Positions 15,988 through 22,830 of a stretch of DNA of 32,000 nt are shown one piece after another. The position numbers were made by a program, and so were the translations under genes. This DNA is from Acidobacteriota bacterium (lineage in GTDB: Bacteria > Acidobacteriota > Polarisedimenticolia > Polarisedimenticolales > Polarisedimenticolaceae). Below the pieces are notes generated by a model. That model saw only the letters and a program-made list of their open reading frames with translations. It had not been told where the DNA came from and searched no databases. Positions within the stretch are counted from its first letter, which is position 1. Each line of letters begins with the position of its first letter. The stretch spans positions 3,362 to 35,361 of the forward strand of contig JBECKR010000312.1 in NCBI GenBank assembly GCA_040235415.1, given 5' to 3'.

Positions 15988-16839
15988 ATGGACGGTAGTC
16001 AGAGCGGCTTCGACCTCAACGTCGCGATCCAGAGCGCGACCGCTTTGCTCTCGCAATGGGGCCTCAAGGTCGTCGGGGCGATCGCCCTGCTCCTCGTCGG
16101 GTTCGTCGTCGCGAAGGCGATCCGGCGGTCCCTGCGCCGAGCGCTCGAGCGTACGACGCTCGACAAGACGCTGGTGCCGTTCCTCTCCGGGCTGGCGTAC
16201 TACCTGGCGCTGACGTTCGTCGTCATCGCGGTGCTGAACGTCTTCGGCGTCCAGACCGCATCGCTCATCGCGGTCTTGGGCGCCGCCGGACTCGCGGTCG
16301 GTCTCGCGCTCCAGGGGACGCTGTCGAACTTCTCGGCCGGCGTCATGCTCCTGGTATTCCGTCCGTTCCGGGTGGGGGACTACGTCGACGCCGGCGGGAC
16401 GGCGGGCTCGGTGCAGGAGATCGGGCTCTTCGCGACGGTGCTCGACACTCCGGACAACGTCCGCATCATCGTGCCGAATTCTTCGGTGTACGGGCAGACG
16501 ATCCGGAACTACGCCGCCAACGACACTCGCCGCAACGACATGGTCGTCGGAATCGCGTATGACGACGACATCGCGGTCGCGATCCGGACGATCCACGAGG
16601 TCCTGTCCTCCGACGAGCGCGTGCTCGCGGAGCCGGCTCCCGTCGTGGCGGTGTCGGAGCTCGGCGATTCCTCGGTCAACCTCGTCGTGCGTCCGTGGTG
16701 CCGCAAGGAGGACTACTGGAACGTGCGGTTCGATCTGACGCGCACGATCAAGGAGCGTCTCGAGGCCGCCGGCTGCTCCATTCCGTTCCCACAGCGCGAC
16801 GTGCACCTGTTCCCGGCCGAGGGCGCCGCGAGCGCGTGA
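15988..16839 (+). CDS. mscS: Small-conductance mechanosensitive channel MscS, 283 aa
   Basis: Three TM segments are followed by the signature TM3/beta domain GAAGLAVGLALQGTLSNFSAGVMLLVFRPFRVGDYV...G.V.EI.LF.T.L.T.DN..I.VPNS. AAAGGAG is the RBS. Confidence 0.92.
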   Translation: MDGSQSGFDLNVAIQSATALLSQWGLKVVGAIALLLVGFVVAKAIRRSLRRALERTTLDKTLVPFLSGLAYYLALTFVVIAVLNVFGVQTASLIAVLGAAGLAVGLALQGTLSNFSAGVMLLVFRPFRVGDYVDAGGTAGSVQEIGLFATVLDTPDNVRIIVPNSSVYGQTIRNYAANDTRRNDMVVGIAYDDDIAVAIRTIHEVLSSDERVLAEPAPVVAVSELGDSSVNLVVRPWCRKEDYWNVRFDLTRTIKERLEAAGCSIPFPQRDVHLFPAEGAASA

Positions 16840-16847
16840 GGTCCGGC

Positions 16848-16863
16848 CTGAGCCGCGGCTCAG
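16848..16863. terminator. 16-bp perfect palindrome CTGAGCCGCGGCTCAG between convergent genes (possible bidirectional terminator)
   Basis: It lies between the mscS stop (16839) and the antiporter stop (16860-16862, which it overlaps). It can fold as a 6-bp stem with a CGCG loop. There is no U-tract. Confidence 0.35.
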
Positions 16864-18785
16864 ACGGGCGTCGACGCCGGCCCGGCGGCCTCGGGCTCCA
16901 CCGGCCGCCAGCCGGCGCGGACCAGCCAGCCGCGCGCAAGATCGAGATGCTCGTCGAAAAGCACGGCGACGATCTCGTCGCCGGCGCGGAAGACGGTGTC
17001 TCCGTCGACCGGGCGGACGCGTCCGCCGCGCCGGACGACGAGCGGGAGCACGAGCGTCTCGAGATCGTCCGGGAGGCTCTCCGGCACCGGACGGGTCGCG
17101 GGCTCGTCGTCGTCGCGGCGCCAGCGCTCGACCCGAGCCAGACCGCGCTCGAGCCGCAGGGTCCACAGATCCACGCTCCGGGGCTCGCCGAACAGCACGC
17201 GCGCACCGACGCCGGCCACCATCTCGCGCGTCACGCTCAGGTGGCCCTTGCGCAGGGCGACCCAGGCGTCTCGGACGCGGTACTCCTCTCGGGCCTTGCG
17301 TGCGAAAAGCAGGTTGATCTCGTCGTTGGCGGTGACGGCGAGCACGCCGGACCGACCATCGATCTCGGCGCGCTGCAGCACGCGATCGTCGAGCCCGCTG
17401 CCGTGCAGCACCCGCAGCCCCTCGTCCTGCGCCGCGCGGAACGCGTCGTGGCTCGAGTCGACGAGCACGATCTCCTCGCCGTCGTCGGCGAGCGCGCGCG
17501 CGAGGGAACGCCCGAGGTCGCCGGCCCCGAGCACGACGTAGCCGGTGTCGGTCTTGCGGCGGAGGCCGAGGAGCCCGGCGACGACTCCGCCGCTCAGCCC
17601 CTGGACGACGACGGTCCCGGCGATCACGAGGAACACGAGCGCGCGGAGCTCGCGCCCGCCGGGCACCCCGGCGGCATCCAGGCTCTGGGCGAACAACGAC
17701 GACACCGCGGCGGCGACGATCCCGCGCGGTGCGAGCCAGGACAGGAACGCCTTCTCCCGCCAGCCGACTCCCGCCCCCCAAGTCCCGACGACGACGTTGA
17801 GCGGCCGGACCACCAGCATCAGGGCGAGGACCGTGAGCGCGCCGGCCCACCCCAGAGCGCGGACCTCCTCGAGGCGGACATCCGCGGCGAGCACGACGAA
17901 CAGCAGCCCGATGAGCAGAACGGTGAGCTGCTCCTTGAAGTCCTTGAGGTCAGGGAGCGCCCGCGTGCGAACGTTGCCGACCGCGATTCCCGCGAACACG
18001 ACCGCCACGATGCCGCTCTCCGGAAGCAGCGCGTTGCTCGCTTGGAACAGCACGAGCGCGAGCGCGAGCGTGAAGACGTTCTCGAGCCCCTCCGGGACGA
18101 CCCGCTCGAGCCGGAGCAGCCAGGCGATCGCGAGTCCGCCGGCCGTGCCCAAGGCGAAGCCGAGCCCGAGGCGCGACACGAGGTCGAACGCGCCGACCGC
18201 GAGCGTCCGCCCGGTCGGCCGGCTGATGACGACTTCGAGCGCCACGACGGCGACGATCGCGCCGATCGCGTCCACGAGCACGCCCTCGGCCTCGAGCACC
18301 GTCGCGACCTGTCGCTTGACCCGGATGCGTCGCAGGAGCGGATTGATCACCGTCGGCCCCGTGACGATCACGAGCGTTCCGAACAGCGCCGACGGCGCCC
18401 AGTCCCAGCCCATGATCCCGCGCGCCGCGAGGGCGCCGCCGAGCGCGGTCACGAGCGCTCCGAGCGTGACGAGCTGCCGGATGCTCCGCACCTCGCGCCG
18501 TAGTCGTCCGAGGTCGAGGTTCATCCCGCCCTCGAACAGGATCACCGCAACGGCGAATCCGATCAGCACGCCGAACGTACCGTCGAGCGTCGCCGGCCTT
18601 ACGACGTTCGCGACGTCGGGCCCGAGCACCACGCCCGTCCCGAGAAGCAGAACGATTCCGGGAACGCGCAGGTGCCGGGCGAGCGACTGCGCCAGCACGC
18701 CGGCGGCGAGCGCGAGCGCGAGCGTGAGCGCCGGGGATTCGAACGAGCCGTGGGTCACGCGGGGGATCGTCGCATCCGGCCGCAA
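16860..18785 (-). CDS. Cation:proton antiporter (Na+/H+ exchanger family) fused to C-terminal RCK (TrkA-N/TrkA-C) domains, ~641 aa
   Basis: There are about 12 hydrophobic segments. The Rossmann-type segment VVLGAGDLGRSLARALADDGEEIVLVDS is followed by a TrkA-C-like tail. The start is uncertain (TTG 18785 or GTG 18758). Confidence 0.85.
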   Translation of the reverse strand: MRPDATIPRVTHGSFESPALTLALALAAGVLAQSLARHLRVPGIVLLLGTGVVLGPDVANVVRPATLDGTFGVLIGFAVAVILFEGGMNLDLGRLRREVRSIRQLVTLGALVTALGGALAARGIMGWDWAPSALFGTLVIVTGPTVINPLLRRIRVKRQVATVLEAEGVLVDAIGAIVAVVALEVVISRPTGRTLAVGAFDLVSRLGLGFALGTAGGLAIAWLLRLERVVPEGLENVFTLALALVLFQASNALLPESGIVAVVFAGIAVGNVRTRALPDLKDFKEQLTVLLIGLLFVVLAADVRLEEVRALGWAGALTVLALMLVVRPLNVVVGTWGAGVGWREKAFLSWLAPRGIVAAAVSSLFAQSLDAAGVPGGRELRALVFLVIAGTVVVQGLSGGVVAGLLGLRRKTDTGYVVLGAGDLGRSLARALADDGEEIVLVDSSHDAFRAAQDEGLRVLHGSGLDDRVLQRAEIDGRSGVLAVTANDEINLLFARKAREEYRVRDAWVALRKGHLSVTREMVAGVGARVLFGEPRSVDLWTLRLERGLARVERWRRDDDEPATRPVPESLPDDLETLVLPLVVRRGGRVRPVDGDTVFRAGDEIVAVLFDEHLDLARGWLVRAGWRPVEPEAAGPASTPV

Positions 18786-18791
18786 GCGGTG

Positions 18792-19649
18792 TCAAAGCAG
18801 CGCGGCGCGAAGCCCTGCCGCGAGCGCCGCGGTCGATGCCGAGACGACGCCGCCCGATTCCTCGTCGCGCGGCAGCGAGACACCCAGCGGAACGACGGCC
18901 CCGCCGGCCTCCTCGACGATCAGGCCGGGCGCGGCGATGTCGTGCCACGACAGGCGGGGCTCGACCATGGCGTCGAGCCGGCCCTCCGCGACGAGGACGT
19001 GCCCGAGGAAGTCCCCGAACCCGCGGGTGCGGCGCGCGTCCCGGGCGACGTCGGAGAATCGCCGCCAGAGGCCGTGCTCGTGAAAGTGGCGCAGGCCGCC
19101 GTGACCGATCGCGGCGTCGGCGATACGGGTCGCACCGGAGGTGCGCAGCCGGCGGCGCGACGCGCCCACGACCGTGGTGCCGCGGCCGGCGTGAGCCCCG
19201 GCGCCGCGGGCCGCCCACCACGTCTCGCCGTCGTCGTCGCGCGAGTCCCCGGCGTCCGCGACACCGAGCCGCAGGGCCGGCGCGTGCGCCACGCCGAGCA
19301 CCGTATCGCCGTCGATCTCGAGCGCGATCAGCGAACCGAACACCGGGATGCCGGCCACGAAGTTCTTCGTGCCGTCGATCGGGTCGATCACCCAGCGCGC
19401 CGAGGCCGGACCTTCCGCGCCGTACTCCTCGCCGAGGAAACCGAAGCCCGGAGCCTCGCGGCGCAGGGCGTGTCGGATCGCCGCCTCGGCCGCGCGGTCG
19501 GCGGCGGTCACGGGTGAGCCGTCCGGCTTCGTGTCGACGTCGAGCGCCGGGTCCCGAAAGCGGGCCCGGAGGATCGCGGCGGCCGCTCGGCAGGCGCCGA
19601 GCGCGGCGGCCAGCAGTTGGTCGGTGTCGCGGGGGGACGGTGCCGTCAC
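18792..19649 (-). CDS. Inositol monophosphatase family protein (SuhB/HisN-like), 285 aa
   Basis: Motifs are FLGEE, WVIDPIDGTKNF and SWHDIAAPGLIVEEAGG. The GTG start has GGAGG 6 nt upstream. Confidence 0.85.
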   Translation of the reverse strand: MTAPSPRDTDQLLAAALGACRAAAAILRARFRDPALDVDTKPDGSPVTAADRAAEAAIRHALRREAPGFGFLGEEYGAEGPASARWVIDPIDGTKNFVAGIPVFGSLIALEIDGDTVLGVAHAPALRLGVADAGDSRDDDGETWWAARGAGAHAGRGTTVVGASRRRLRTSGATRIADAAIGHGGLRHFHEHGLWRRFSDVARDARRTRGFGDFLGHVLVAEGRLDAMVEPRLSWHDIAAPGLIVEEAGGAVVPLGVSLPRDEESGGVVSASTAALAAGLRAALL

Positions 19650-19683
19650 GTCAACCTCCGGAGCTCCCCGACAGGATAGCGCC

Positions 19684-20313
19684 TCAGGGTTCGACGGCCT
19701 CCCGCGGCCTCCGGCGCAGCCAGCCGCCTACGCTGAACCGCGTGCGGGCGCACGGCAGGACCTCGTGTTCCACGAGGTCGCTCCGGAAGGCGGCGAAGGT
19801 TCCGAGTCGCGGGACGACGTCGACCGCGGCTTCGCCGTGGCCGGCCGGCACGTACAGCCGGAGCTGGCCTCCGTCGTCGGGCTCCCAGCCGTCGTTGAGG
19901 TACAGCAGGACGGTCACGACTCGGTCCCGGACCTCCCGGAACTGGTCGAGGTGACGCCGATAGAACGACCCCGGTGGGTACGCCGCCCATTGCAGCTCGA
20001 CGGTGCGGATCCCCGCGAACAGCTCGCGGTTCAGGTGCGCTCCGAGCGCCTCGACGCGGTCGAGGAGCGCCCGCTCACCCGGCGTCGCCGCTTCGGGATC
20101 GATCCAGCGGATGCGGTCGCCGCGCACGTCCTCGCGGACCGCCATCCCCTCTCCGCGACCGATCCCGGCCGGCCGGAGCTCTCCCGAGCGATGCAGCCCG
20201 CGGATCCGCTCCGCGAGCGCCCGCGCGGTGTCGTCCGGGAGCAAGCCCTGCTCCGACACGATCCATCCGGGATCGATCATCGCCTCGGCAACCCGCGCGA
20301 ACGTCGCGTCCAT
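19684..20313 (-). CDS. 2OG-Fe(II) oxygenase, prolyl-4-hydroxylase-like, 209 aa
   Basis: The track ORF is over-extended. ATG 20313 has GGGAG 6 nt upstream. The H-x-D ... H facial triad is present (YRRHLDQF ... LVEHEVLP), along with LLYLNDGWEPDDGGQLRLY, typical of the PF13640-type fold. Confidence 0.8.
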   Translation of the reverse strand: MDATFARVAEAMIDPGWIVSEQGLLPDDTARALAERIRGLHRSGELRPAGIGRGEGMAVREDVRGDRIRWIDPEAATPGERALLDRVEALGAHLNRELFAGIRTVELQWAAYPPGSFYRRHLDQFREVRDRVVTVLLYLNDGWEPDDGGQLRLYVPAGHGEAAVDVVPRLGTFAAFRSDLVEHEVLPCARTRFSVGGWLRRRPREAVEP

Positions 20314-20332
20314 CGCGGCTCCCGCGAGCTCG

Positions 20333-20755
20333 TCACAACTTGAGCGCGAAGTGGTGGCTCGTGATGTCCATGCGGCGGGCGAGGTAAAAGCGGTGCGCGC
20401 CGAATCGTTGCACGCCGGAGTCGAGGTGAAACTCGTCGCAGCCCTCCCGGCGGGCAATCGCGACGAGATACTCGAACAACGCGCGGCCGTGGCCGCGTGA
20501 CCGTCCGGACACCGCCGTGACGAGGTCGTCGACGTACAGGAACCGGCCCCAGGCGAGGCACTCCGAGACCCGATAGCCCGCGACCGCCCGGATCTCGCCG
20601 ACGTCCTCGACGAACGCCAGGTGGTAGCCGGCCGCGGTCTGCTGCCGCCGCACGCGCTCGACGAAACCCTCGCGCGGAACGTGGCGGCGGAGCTCGGCCA
20701 TCACGGACCAGCAGCGGTCGATGTCGACGTCGGAGTCGGCGATCCGGATCTGCAT
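20333..20755 (-). CDS. GNAT family N-acetyltransferase, 140 aa
   Basis: The acetyl-CoA-binding motif A region is LYVDDLVTAVSGRSRGHGRALFEYLVAIARREGC. GGAGG lies 4 nt upstream of the ATG. Confidence 0.85.
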   Translation of the reverse strand: MQIRIADSDVDIDRCWSVMAELRRHVPREGFVERVRRQQTAAGYHLAFVEDVGEIRAVAGYRVSECLAWGRFLYVDDLVTAVSGRSRGHGRALFEYLVAIARREGCDEFHLDSGVQRFGAHRFYLARRMDITSHHFALKL

Positions 20756-20778
20756 GCGGCCTCCGGGGAGTCGGCGAC

Positions 20779-20784
20779 ATTCTA
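20779..20784 (-). promoter_or_regulatory. -10 box TAGAAT for the GNAT/oxygenase/IMPase/antiporter operon
   Basis: The minus strand reads TAGAAT, 23 nt upstream of ATG 20755, with the GGAGG RBS in between. It mirrors the + strand box at 20805. Confidence 0.45.
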
Positions 20785-20804
20785 CGTCCGGTCGGACGCT
20801 TCGC

Positions 20805-20810
20805 TAGAAT
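20805..20810 (+). promoter_or_regulatory. -10 box TAGAAT for the 20857(+) gene
   Basis: TAGAAT lies 46 nt upstream of ATG 20857. I saw no convincing -35. Confidence 0.45.
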
Positions 20811-20820
20811 CCGAACGGAG

Positions 20821-20850
20821 CGTCCTCCGTTGGGGCGCTCCCGGAGGACG
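20821..20850 (+). promoter_or_regulatory. 5'-UTR hairpin that sequesters the Shine-Dalgarno sequence
   Basis: CGTCCTCCG (20821-20829) is the exact reverse complement of CGGAGGACG (20842-20850). The latter contains the GGAGG RBS, 9 nt upstream of ATG 20857. The loop is 12 nt. Confidence 0.4.
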
Positions 20851-20856
20851 TCGACG

Positions 20857-21492
20857 ATGACACCGAACCCGCTCGCCTTCGCCGTGATCGCTCTCGCCCC
20901 CGTCTTGGCCGGACCCGTGGCCGCCGCTCCCCGGGAGGAGCCCGCGCCGGCGCCGCCGGTCGCGACCTACGTCGCGCACGACGGGGACGCGGTCGTGGTC
21001 GTCGACTCCGCGGCCGGCAGGATCGTGCTGTACCGCGTCCTCGGAAACGATCTCGAGCTCGCCGAAGTCCGCGACCTCGCGGCGGACCTCGCGGCCGGGG
21101 AGCGTCGTGAGGAAAAGGTCGAGGCGACACCCGTGCCCGGCGGGGACGCGGTCGGGGAGGATCCCCCGGGATTCGTGAGGCCGCCCGAGGCGGTCCGGAT
21201 GTCGAGCGTGTTCTCGACCGAGCGCGGGGCCGCGGAGTACTGGTCTTCGAGCTACCTCGCGCGCGGCAACGTCGAGTCGGTGTGGGAGTCGCTCCGCGGG
21301 CTCTTTCCGGGGTGGGGAGTCGTCGAGTCCGGCGTCGAGCCGCGGTCGGCCGCGCCACGCGCGAGCCTGACGATCGCGAAGGGCGGCGACCGCCTCGTGA
21401 TGCGGCTCTCGGGGGACTCCTCCACTCCGGAGGGCTGGGTGCGGTTGTCGGTCGAGCTGTGGCGCACGGCGCCGGCCGGTGGTCAGCGGTAG
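20857..21492 (+). CDS. Secreted hypothetical protein, 211 aa
   Basis: I start it at ATG 20857 (MTPNPLAFAVIALAPVLAGPVAAAP, a signal peptide) rather than the track start at 20830. I recognise no family. Its 3' end overlaps the convergent gene by 10 nt. Confidence 0.6.
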   Translation: MTPNPLAFAVIALAPVLAGPVAAAPREEPAPAPPVATYVAHDGDAVVVVDSAAGRIVLYRVLGNDLELAEVRDLAADLAAGERREEKVEATPVPGGDAVGEDPPGFVRPPEAVRMSSVFSTERGAAEYWSSSYLARGNVESVWESLRGLFPGWGVVESGVEPRSAAPRASLTIAKGGDRLVMRLSGDSSTPEGWVRLSVELWRTAPAGGQR

Positions 21493-22736
21493 ACGAGCCA
21501 CAGCCAGCCGGCCACGCCCGAGACCATCATGCCGAGCAGCGGCGGCCACACGACGAGCGCGAGGCGCCGGCCTCCGACCCACGCGATCAGCGCCAGCTTG
21601 ACCGTCATGTTCGAGAGCACCGCGATCAGGATCGCGAGCGCGGCGTCGTTCATCGGGAGGCTTCCCGAGGACGCGAGATTCGAGACCGCGACCGAGACGG
21701 CGTGGGCGTTCGTCGAGCCGCCGAGCGCCGCCGTCACGAGCGTCGCGGCGGCGCCGAACGTGCGCGACGCGATCGACACGACGACGACGATGACCGCCAG
21801 CGCAACGGAGAACTCGAGCGCGGATTTCATCGACAGCGGGTTCCCGAGGTCGAACCTCCCGACCTCGCCGTGGTGCTTCAGACGGTAGAGCGCGCCGAGC
21901 GCGCCGAGCGCGCCGACGGCGACCGGGAGGCCGATGACCGGAACGAGCGGACCGACGAGATCCGGAAACACCACGGCCGCGATTCCGATCTGTGCGGCCG
22001 CGGACGCGGTGTTCGCGAGCACGATGGCGACCGCGGCGGGCAGCACGAGCCCCGGCGCGTCGCGCACCTTGTGCGACATCGAGAGCGTCGTCGCCGTCGA
22101 GCTCACGAGCCCCCCCGCGATCCCCGCGAGCGGCAGCCCCCACTGCGGGCCGAACATGCGCACCGCGATGTAGCCCCCGAAGCTGATCCCTGCGAACAGC
22201 ACCAGCAGGAGCCACAGCCGGGCGGGGTTGATCAGGTTCCACGGGTCGACGGTGCGGTCCGGCAGCAACGGGAGCACGACGAACGCGAGCACGAGGAACG
22301 TCAGGGAGGCCGTCATCTCCTGCGGCTGGATGCCGGCCTTGGCGAACGCGTGGATGCTCGGCTTGAGCGCGAGGAGCAGGAGCACGAGCACCGCGAGCAT
22401 GACCGTGAGCCACGGGTCCGACTTCGCGAGATAGCCGAGCACGAAAGTCGCCATCGCCGCGACCTCGGTCGTGACGCCGACCCCCTTGCCCTCGGGGCTG
22501 AGCTTCGTCCGGAGATAGCCCGCGAGGATGATCGCGCCCGCGAAGACCGCCATGACGACGGCGAGCGCGTGATCGGTCACGTGCGCCGCGACCGCGCCCA
22601 AGATGCCGAGCAACGCGAACGTGCGGGAGCCGAGCGGGTCGACCGTGGGGGCGTCCGCCTTGGCGCGCTCCCGCTCGATCCCGATCAGAAGTCCGATCGC
22701 GAGGGCGAGCAGGAACGGACGGGCGACGTCGAACAC
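21483..22736 (-). CDS. MgtC/SapB-family membrane protein with DUF4010-type C-terminal half, 417 aa
   Basis: The N-terminal LALAIGLLIGIERE motif is the MgtC family signature, and about 11 hydrophobic segments run throughout. GTG start. Confidence 0.8.
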   Translation of the reverse strand: MFDVARPFLLALAIGLLIGIERERAKADAPTVDPLGSRTFALLGILGAVAAHVTDHALAVVMAVFAGAIILAGYLRTKLSPEGKGVGVTTEVAAMATFVLGYLAKSDPWLTVMLAVLVLLLLALKPSIHAFAKAGIQPQEMTASLTFLVLAFVVLPLLPDRTVDPWNLINPARLWLLLVLFAGISFGGYIAVRMFGPQWGLPLAGIAGGLVSSTATTLSMSHKVRDAPGLVLPAAVAIVLANTASAAAQIGIAAVVFPDLVGPLVPVIGLPVAVGALGALGALYRLKHHGEVGRFDLGNPLSMKSALEFSVALAVIVVVVSIASRTFGAAATLVTAALGGSTNAHAVSVAVSNLASSGSLPMNDAALAILIAVLSNMTVKLALIAWVGGRRLALVVWPPLLGMMVSGVAGWLWLVYR

Positions 22737-22802
22737 CGGTGAAAGCTCCCGGAGCTAATCTGGCACCGCGCGCCCGCCCGGGTCAACGCGGAACGGCGGA
22801 AC

Positions 22803-22828
22803 GGTGTCTGACACCGGTGTCAGACACC
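22803..22828. repeat. REP-like perfect 26-bp palindrome GGTGTCTGACACCGGTGTCAGACACC (copy 2, permuted arrangement U'-U)
   Basis: Read directly from the sequence. It lies 2 nt downstream (in the transcription direction) of the polB stop (22831-22833) and upstream of the MgtC-like gene. It is preceded by GAAC. Confidence 0.9.
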
Positions 22829-22830
22829 CT

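Noticed and set aside
14392-17850. An 1152-aa ORF on the minus strand, the longest in the track.
   Set aside because: Only its last ~247 codons (aat) look like protein. The rest is an Arg/Pro/Gly/Asp-rich antisense shadow running opposite the GT2, mscS and antiporter genes, which have clear family motifs. Long open antisense frames are expected at this GC content.
16695-19954. Several long overlapping ORFs: 16695..18503(+), 17545..19083(+), 17950..19221(-) and 18836..19954(+).
   Set aside because: All are alternative or antisense frames of the antiporter and IMPase genes, with extreme Arg/Pro/Ser content and no recognisable domains.
20782-22742. ORFs 20782..22413(-) and 21282..22742(+), of 543 and 486 aa.
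   Set aside because: They are off-frame or antisense to the MgtC/DUF4010 membrane protein and the secreted hypothetical. Their composition (R, D, E, G, H runs) is not protein-like.
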